Assembly: GCA_044225845.1 (NCBI GenBank)
Contig: JBGAIC010000011.1
Span: forward strand, 4,054 to 68,053
Source: Casimicrobiaceae bacterium
Lineage (GTDB): Bacteria; Pseudomonadota; Gammaproteobacteria; Burkholderiales; Casimicrobiaceae
Length of the DNA stretch: 64,000 nt
Direction of reading: 5' to 3'
Shown here piece by piece: positions 58,345 to 64,000 of this stretch; the stretch's first letter is position 1, and every line of letters begins with the position of its first letter. The position numbers and the translations under genes were made by a program. The notes under the pieces were generated by a model. That model worked only from the letters and a program-made list of their open reading frames with translations, had not been told where the DNA came from and did no database searches.

Positions 58345-60654
58345 TCAGTCGTGCTGCGACAGCCGCTCGGGCCGGTTGGCGTAGCTGTCCGGCGCCTGCG
58401 GCCCGGGCTCGATCGTGACGTGGTGCACGCGCTGCGTGTAGCGGCACGCGCCGGTGCCGCCGTAGTCGGTGACGTGCAGCCGGCGGTCGCAGCCGACGTC
58501 CAGGCCTTCGCCGGCGCTGAGGCCCAGGATGATCGTGGGTGACAGGTCGAGCGTCGCGATCTCGCGGCCCGCCAGATGCAGCGTGCCGGTCGCCTTGCGC
58601 GCGCCGGTCGCCGAACAGGCGAGCACGAATTCGTTGCGGCCCGGCACCACGGGCAAGTCGCGCGCGTCGACGTTGCGGCCGGGCGCGCCGTGATAGTGGA
58701 AGTGCACGCCGCCGTCGCGCGCATGCAGCGCAAAGCCGAAGATCGGGTCGCCCACCGCGAAGATCACGCCGCTGGCATCCGGCTCCCAGTCGAACGCGCA
58801 ACTCAGGCGGAAGCTGCGGTCCGCGATCAGCGGCGCGACGACGGCCACCGGTGCGGTACCGATGCCGGGATGAAACGTGCGCGGCTCGGCTAGCGTCGCC
58901 TCCAGGTAGGGCGGCACGGTGAGCGAACGCCGTACGCCGCGGTTGTCGAGCGGATAGGCGTAGTTGGCGTACGCCTCGCGGTCGAACGCCGTGACGAGGC
59001 TTGCGAGGCGCTCCGGCTGCTCGCGCGCGAGATCGCGCGTTTCCGTCGGATCCGTGGCGAGGTCGAACAGCATCCAGTTGTCGAGGTCGATCGCCTTGCC
59101 CTGCGGCTGCAGCGAGACGATCTTCCATGTGCCCGCGACGTAGCCGCGATTGCCGAAGAGCTCGTAGTGCTGCGCCTCGCGCCCCGACGGCGCGCCGCGG
59201 TCGAGCATGTCCCTGAACGAGCGGCCGTCCTGCGGCCGCGTGCGATAGCCGCGGTACTCGGTGGGCGCCGCGATGCCGACGAGGTCCAGGATCGTGGGCG
59301 CGAGATCAGTCACGTGGACCCAGTCGTGCTCGATGCGGCCGCCTTGCTTCCAGCGCGCGGGCCACTGCATCACCAGCGGCACGCGGATGCCGCCGTTCAT
59401 CGTCGTCGTCTTGTACATCCGGAACGGCGCGACGGAGACGTCGGTCCAGCCGAGCGGATACGTGGGCCACGACGCCGCGCCGCCCAGTTCGCCGGCGTCG
59501 AACAGCTGGCGCACCCACTGCGGATCTTCGTGCTGCGTGAGTCGCTTGGAGAGATTGTTGGCGGCGCCGTCGGGACCGCCGATGCCGTTGGCGCCGTTGT
59601 CGGACGTGATCAGCACCAGCGTGTTGTCGAGGCGGCCCAGCGCCTCAAGCGTGTCGAGCAACCGGCCCACGTTCTGGTCGATGTTGTCGACGATGGCAGC
59701 GTAGAGCTCCATGTAGCGCGCCATCAGGTCGCGACGGGCGGGATCGACGTCGTCCCAGTCGGGCACGCCGGGGCTGTGCGGCGCGAGTTCCGGCGCGCGG
59801 TCGAACAGGCCTTGCTCCACCTGGCGGCGCACGCGCGCCGCGCGCACCGCATCCCAGCCCGCGTCGTAGACACCGCGATAGCGCGCGAGGTCCTCCGCCT
59901 TGGCATGCAGCGGCGCATGCGGCGCGTTGTGCGCGACGTACAGGAAGTAGGGCTTGGCGGGCGATGCGCTGGCGTGCTCCTTCACCATCGCAATGGCCTT
60001 GTCCGTCCAGTCGTCGGTGCAGTAGTAGCCGTCGGGGTAAGCGTCGTGGTCCAGCAGCGTGTTGTCCTCGACGAGCTGCGACGGCGCGAAGTAGTGCGTC
60101 TCGCCGCCCAGGAAGCCGTAGAAGCGATCGAAGCCGCGCGCCAGCGGCCACGAGCCGCGATCGGACGACGACGTCGTCGCGTGGTCGGCCGTGTTGTGCC
60201 ACTTGCCGACCATGTACGTCGAGTAGCCGTTGGCCTGCAGGATCTCGGCGAGCGTCGGCGTGTCGCGCGTCATCTCGCCGGAACGATAGCCCGGGAAGCC
60301 CGGATCGTTGAACGTGAGCCAGCCGCAACCGACACTGTGCGGGTTCTTGCCGGTGAGGAAGGCCGCGCGCGCCGGCGTGCACATCGGCACCGTCGTGTAG
60401 TCGACGAAGCGGATGCCGCGTCGCGCGATGCGGTCGATCGCGGCGGTGCGGATCTCCGCGCCAAAGCAGCCGAAGTCCGAGAAGCCCAGGTCGTCGAGCA
60501 GGAACACGACGACGTCCGGCGCGCCGGCGGGCGCCGCGGTGCGCGGCGCCCACCACGGCGTGGAATCGTTCAGCGTGCGGCCGATGTGGCCCTTCCAGCC
60601 GGCAGCCGGGTCGTCGGTGTGCATGTCGGGAGCGGGAACGTGTCGGGCCGCCAC
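58345..60654 (-). CDS. Arylsulfatase (Cys-type)
   Basis: LLDDLGFSDFGCFG, CTPARA, GKWH, PHAPLHA, SDNGA. Start may be ATG 60624. Confidence 0.92.
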   Translation of the reverse strand: MAARHVPAPDMHTDDPAAGWKGHIGRTLNDSTPWWAPRTAAPAGAPDVVVFLLDDLGFSDFGCFGAEIRTAAIDRIARRGIRFVDYTTVPMCTPARAAFLTGKNPHSVGCGWLTFNDPGFPGYRSGEMTRDTPTLAEILQANGYSTYMVGKWHNTADHATTSSSDRGSWPLARGFDRFYGFLGGETHYFAPSQLVEDNTLLDHDAYPDGYYCTDDWTDKAIAMVKEHASASPAKPYFLYVAHNAPHAPLHAKAEDLARYRGVYDAGWDAVRAARVRRQVEQGLFDRAPELAPHSPGVPDWDDVDPARRDLMARYMELYAAIVDNIDQNVGRLLDTLEALGRLDNTLVLITSDNGANGIGGPDGAANNLSKRLTQHEDPQWVRQLFDAGELGGAASWPTYPLGWTDVSVAPFRMYKTTTMNGGIRVPLVMQWPARWKQGGRIEHDWVHVTDLAPTILDLVGIAAPTEYRGYRTRPQDGRSFRDMLDRGAPSGREAQHYELFGNRGYVAGTWKIVSLQPQGKAIDLDNWMLFDLATDPTETRDLAREQPERLASLVTAFDREAYANYAYPLDNRGVRRSLTVPPYLEATLAEPRTFHPGIGTAPVAVVAPLIADRSFRLSCAFDWEPDASGVIFAVGDPIFGFALHARDGGVHFHYHGAPGRNVDARDLPVVPGRNEFVLACSATGARKATGTLHLAGREIATLDLSPTIILGLSAGEGLDVGCDRRLHVTDYGGTGACRYTQRVHHVTIEPGPQAPDSYANRPERLSQHD

Positions 60655-60672
60655 GCGCGACCCGGCGTCGGG

Positions 60673-61716
60673 TCAATCCATCAGCGACGTGTTGACCGCC
60701 TTGGACAGGTCCGGCCGCGCTTTCAGCACGCCGGCGGCGAACCAGTAGTCGCCCTGGTCCTGCACGGCCTTCCTGAACGCGGCGCTGTCGGTCAGCTTCT
60801 TCGACTCGTCGTAGGAGTAGAACTTGATCGCGTCGGTCGACTTGATCGCGGCGTCGAGTTCCTGCGCGCCCGCACCGGCGCTCTTCATGTACTGCTGGAT
60901 CTCGTCGATCGTCTGCTTGCGCGTCGCCGGGTTCTGCAGCGTCGATACGGCCGTGCCCTGGTAGGCCTTGATAAAGGCCTTGATCGCCTCCGGGTGCTTC
61001 TGGATGGCCGCGCGCGTGGCGACGAGCACGTCGGGGTTGATCACCGGGTCGCCCTTGCCGCCGCCCAGGTCCTGGCCCGTCGCGATGACGTGCGCGCCGG
61101 GCAGCGCCTTGGGGATCAGCACCATGCCATTCGCCGAGGGAATCACGGCGTCGAGCCGTCCCGCGATGAACGCGGCCTGCGCCTGGCCGATGGGCATCGG
61201 CTTGAAGTCGATGTCCTTGAAGTCCATGCCGTGCGCCTTGAGGATCTGCGCGAGCAGGTAGTACTGGCCGCCGTTGGGTGGCGTCGACACCGACTTGCCC
61301 TTCAAGTCCTTGACCGAGTCGATGCCGGCGCGCGCCATCAGCGGCAGCGCGAGCACGGGATCGTCGGGCACGGCGATGATCTGCACATCGAAGCTGCTCT
61401 GGCTCAACGCGAGCACGGCGGTGGCGAGGTTCAGCAGCGCGATGTCGGGCTCGCCGCCGGCCATCGCCTGGATGATCGCGGGGCCGCCGCCTTCGGCGAA
61501 GCTGATCGGCTTGACCTTGACGCCGGCCTTCTCGAACCAGCCCTTGTTGCTGGCGACGACGGCGAGCGCGCCGGTGGGCGCGCGCAGCACGCCGAACGAC
61601 AGCGTCTCGGGCGCGGCGGTCGCGAGCGAAGGCAGCAGCGCGAGCAGCGCCAGCGCGGCGGCGGCCGTGGCGCGGCGCCAGGGATTCGTGCGACGGGGAG
61701 ATGGGCGTGACGACAT
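60673..61716 (-). CDS. SsuA/TauA-like ABC substrate-binding protein
   Basis: AGGAGG RBS, RR-containing signal peptide, IDSVKDLKGKSV. Confidence 0.85.
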   Translation of the reverse strand: MSSRPSPRRTNPWRRATAAAALALLALLPSLATAAPETLSFGVLRAPTGALAVVASNKGWFEKAGVKVKPISFAEGGGPAIIQAMAGGEPDIALLNLATAVLALSQSSFDVQIIAVPDDPVLALPLMARAGIDSVKDLKGKSVSTPPNGGQYYLLAQILKAHGMDFKDIDFKPMPIGQAQAAFIAGRLDAVIPSANGMVLIPKALPGAHVIATGQDLGGGKGDPVINPDVLVATRAAIQKHPEAIKAFIKAYQGTAVSTLQNPATRKQTIDEIQQYMKSAGAGAQELDAAIKSTDAIKFYSYDESKKLTDSAAFRKAVQDQGDYWFAAGVLKARPDLSKAVNTSLMD

Positions 61717-61763
61717 GGGGCCTCCTGGGCTTGTGTGCGCGCTGTGCGCGTCGGGGTTGGTGG

Positions 61764-62582
61764 TCAGCGTGGTGCCGCGGCCGGCGCCAGATCTTCGAGC
61801 AGCCTGCGCAGCCGGCGGCGGGTTTCCTCGAAGCCGGCCGTCGTGCGCGAGCGCTCGTCGCGCGGGCGCGGCAGCGGCACCGGGATGCGCTCGGCGATGC
61901 GGCCGGGGCGCGCCGCCATCACGACGATCTCGTCGGCGAGGAACACGGCCTCGTCGACGTCGTGCGTGACGAACAGCACGGTCTTGCGCGAGCGGTCCCA
62001 CAGGTCGAGCAATTCCACCTGCATCCGCTCCTTCGTCTGCGCGTCGAGCGCGCCGAACGGCTCGTCCATCAGCAGCACGTCGGGGTCGTTGGCATAGACG
62101 CGCGCGAGGTCCACGCGCTTGCGCATGCCGCCGGAAAGTTCCTTCGGGAACGCGTCGATGAAATCGGCGAGGCCCACGGTCCGCGCCCAGGTTTCGGCGG
62201 TGCGCTTGCGCTCGGCCGCGGGAATGCCCCGGCATTGCAGGCCGAACTCGATGTTGCGCCTGACCGTCAGCCAGGGGAACACGGCATCGCCCTGGAACAC
62301 GAAGCCGCGCGAGTGGTGCGGCCCGCGCACCGGCGCGCCGTCGTGCATCACGACGCCGCTCGACGGCGGGACAAGGCCCGCGATTATCCGCAGCAGCGTC
62401 GACTTGCCGCAGCCCGAGCCGCCGATGATCGCGACGAACGTGCCCGCGGTGACGTCGAGGTTGATGTCCTGGAGCGCGGTGAACGGCGGGCTGCCGTCGA
62501 GGCGCTGGAACGTCCGCCAGACGCCGTCGACCTGCAGCGCGGTCGCGCGCTGATCGCGCATAGCTTCGGTGGAACTGGTCAT
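61764..62582 (-). CDS. NitT/TauT-type ABC transporter ATP-binding protein
   Basis: GGSGCGKS, LSGGMRKR, MDEPFGALD, VTHD. Confidence 0.93.
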   Translation of the reverse strand: MTSSTEAMRDQRATALQVDGVWRTFQRLDGSPPFTALQDINLDVTAGTFVAIIGGSGCGKSTLLRIIAGLVPPSSGVVMHDGAPVRGPHHSRGFVFQGDAVFPWLTVRRNIEFGLQCRGIPAAERKRTAETWARTVGLADFIDAFPKELSGGMRKRVDLARVYANDPDVLLMDEPFGALDAQTKERMQVELLDLWDRSRKTVLFVTHDVDEAVFLADEIVVMAARPGRIAERIPVPLPRPRDERSRTTAGFEETRRRLRRLLEDLAPAAAPR

Positions 62583-63391
62583 GACTGCCGCACCTCGCTC
62601 CAGCGCGTGAGCCAGGCCTGCGCGCGCACGGCGATCGCGTCGAGCAGCGTGGCGACGACGCCGATGACGACGATGCCCATCAGCACGACGTCGATCTGCA
62701 GGTTCTGTCCCGCGTTGGAGATGAGGAAGCCCAGCCCGTTGGACGAGGCGATCAGCTCGGCCGCGACGAGCGCAAGGAAGCCGGCTGCGAGCCCATTGCG
62801 CATGCCGGACACGATGTAGGGAATCGCGTTGGGGAAGCCGACGCGCCAGAACGTCGTCATCCGCGACGCTCCGAGCGCCTCGGCTGCTTCGACGTAGATC
62901 TTCGGCACTTCCTGCATCCCCTGGCGCGTGTTGACGACCGTGGGCTTGAACACGGCGAGCACGATGATCAGGATGCGCGCCGGCTCGTCGATGCCCACCC
63001 ACACGATGATCAGCGGGATGTAGGCCAGCGCGGGAATGGGGCGGATGGCCTCGATGATCGGGTTCAGCACATAACCCGCATAACGGAACCAGCCGGCCGT
63101 GCAGCCCATCAGCACCGCCAGCAGAACGCCCAGCGCGAAGCCGATGACGACGCGGTACAGCGACCAGCCGATGTTGACGAACAGCGAGCGGTCGACGATC
63201 GCTGCCCACAGCGCCTCGACGACCTTGGGCGGCGGCGGCGTCAGCGTCTTGTTGGCCTGCGGCTGCAGCGTGTAGATCCAGTAGGCGCCGACGATGACGG
63301 CGATCGTCAGGAAGCCGAGGCCGTACTTCGCGAGCCAGCGGTTGCGGCGCGCGCGTCGGGCGTCGACGACGTCGGTGGAGGGCGGGCTCAA
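62579..63391 (-). CDS. NitT/TauT-type ABC transporter permease
   Basis: IRPIPALAYIPL, EAAEALGAS, LVAAELIASSNGLG; TTG start overlaps the upstream stop. Confidence 0.88.
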   Translation of the reverse strand: MSPPSTDVVDARRARRNRWLAKYGLGFLTIAVIVGAYWIYTLQPQANKTLTPPPPKVVEALWAAIVDRSLFVNIGWSLYRVVIGFALGVLLAVLMGCTAGWFRYAGYVLNPIIEAIRPIPALAYIPLIIVWVGIDEPARILIIVLAVFKPTVVNTRQGMQEVPKIYVEAAEALGASRMTTFWRVGFPNAIPYIVSGMRNGLAAGFLALVAAELIASSNGLGFLISNAGQNLQIDVVLMGIVVIGVVATLLDAIAVRAQAWLTRWSEVRQS

Positions 63392-64000
63392 GTCGGATGG
63401 CTCCGGGAGGGGGACGGCGGGATGGCGAGTGCCGCGATGGGCTGCAGCGCGAATGCGGCCGCATCGTCGGCGCCGTGGTTCGAACGCGCAAGCTGGCCGG
63501 TGCCGATCACCGGCTTCGACGCGCCATCCTGCAGCGGATCGACGTGGCGCGCGAACCAGGCGTCGAGCCGCGCGCGCAGCACGGCCACCGTCGGTGCAGA
63601 CGTCGGGTCGTCGATGCGGTTGCGGCGCTCGTCCGGGTCGTTGGCGAGATCGTAGAGCTCGTGCGGGCCCGCCGGATGGCGATGCACGTACTTCCATTCG
63701 CGCGTGCGCAGCATCCGCGTCGGGCCGTATTCGTCGTAGACGACCACGCCGCCGTCCGGCGGCACCTGCCCGTCGCTCAGCAGCGCCGCAAAGCTGCGTC
63801 CGGGCATCCGCGGTGAACGGTCCGGCGGCAGGCCGGCGTAATCGAGCAGCGTCGGGTAGAGGTCGTAGCCGGACAGCATCGCGTCGCTGACGGCCGGCGC
63901 GATGCGGCCGGGCTGCGCAAAGAGGCAGGGCACCTTCACCGACGTGTCGTACATGTTCTGCGGGCGCGTGCCGTTGCCCTTGCCCCAGATGCCGTGATGG
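63388..64000 (-). CDS. Sulfatase, C-terminal part (5' end outside the window); paralogue of 17546..19003
   Basis: HHGIWGKGNGTRPQNMYDTSVKVP, YDEYGPTRMLRTREWKYVHR, ELYDL..DPDE. Confidence 0.9.
   Translation of the reverse strand, partial: HHGIWGKGNGTRPQNMYDTSVKVPCLFAQPGRIAPAVSDAMLSGYDLYPTLLDYAGLPPDRSPRMPGRSFAALLSDGQVPPDGGVVVYDEYGPTRMLRTREWKYVHRHPAGPHELYDLANDPDERRNRIDDPTSAPTVAVLRARLDAWFARHVDPLQDGASKPVIGTGQLARSNHGADDAAAFALQPIAALAIPPSPSRSHPT

Overview
High-GC (roughly 68-70% by eye) bacterial chromosomal segment, most consistent with a betaproteobacterium (two-ATP-cone NrdA, fused IorAB, YaeQ). It holds about 60 genes, mostly accessory metabolism: SDR/AKR/hydrolase/pirin clusters, two sulfatase + NitT/TauT-type ABC clusters, a stand-alone formyltransferase-A-PCP-TE NRPS-like gene opposite a GH64 glucanase, higBA, and nrdAB with NrdR and DnaA boxes. 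Main points: (1) a 378-aa LAGLIDADG intein in NrdA loop 2 whose +1 residue is Gly, so it lacks the Cys/Ser/Thr nucleophile needed for canonical splicing; (2) a low-GC, integrase-free putative defence cassette (NACHT, HEPN-motif protein, DUF6932-like nucleotidyltransferase plus unknown partner) between the 3' ends of a LysR gene and nrdB; (3) a GGA-rich, terminator-ended non-coding stretch and an orphan DUF2442 gene between nrdA and nrdB; (4) TGACCCC palindromic repeats that supply start and stop codons. Frameshifts at 47.6-50.6 kb, and probably at 37.45 kb, look like assembly indels. No rRNA, tRNA, CRISPR array or integrase was seen. All family calls come from motif recognition, not database searches.
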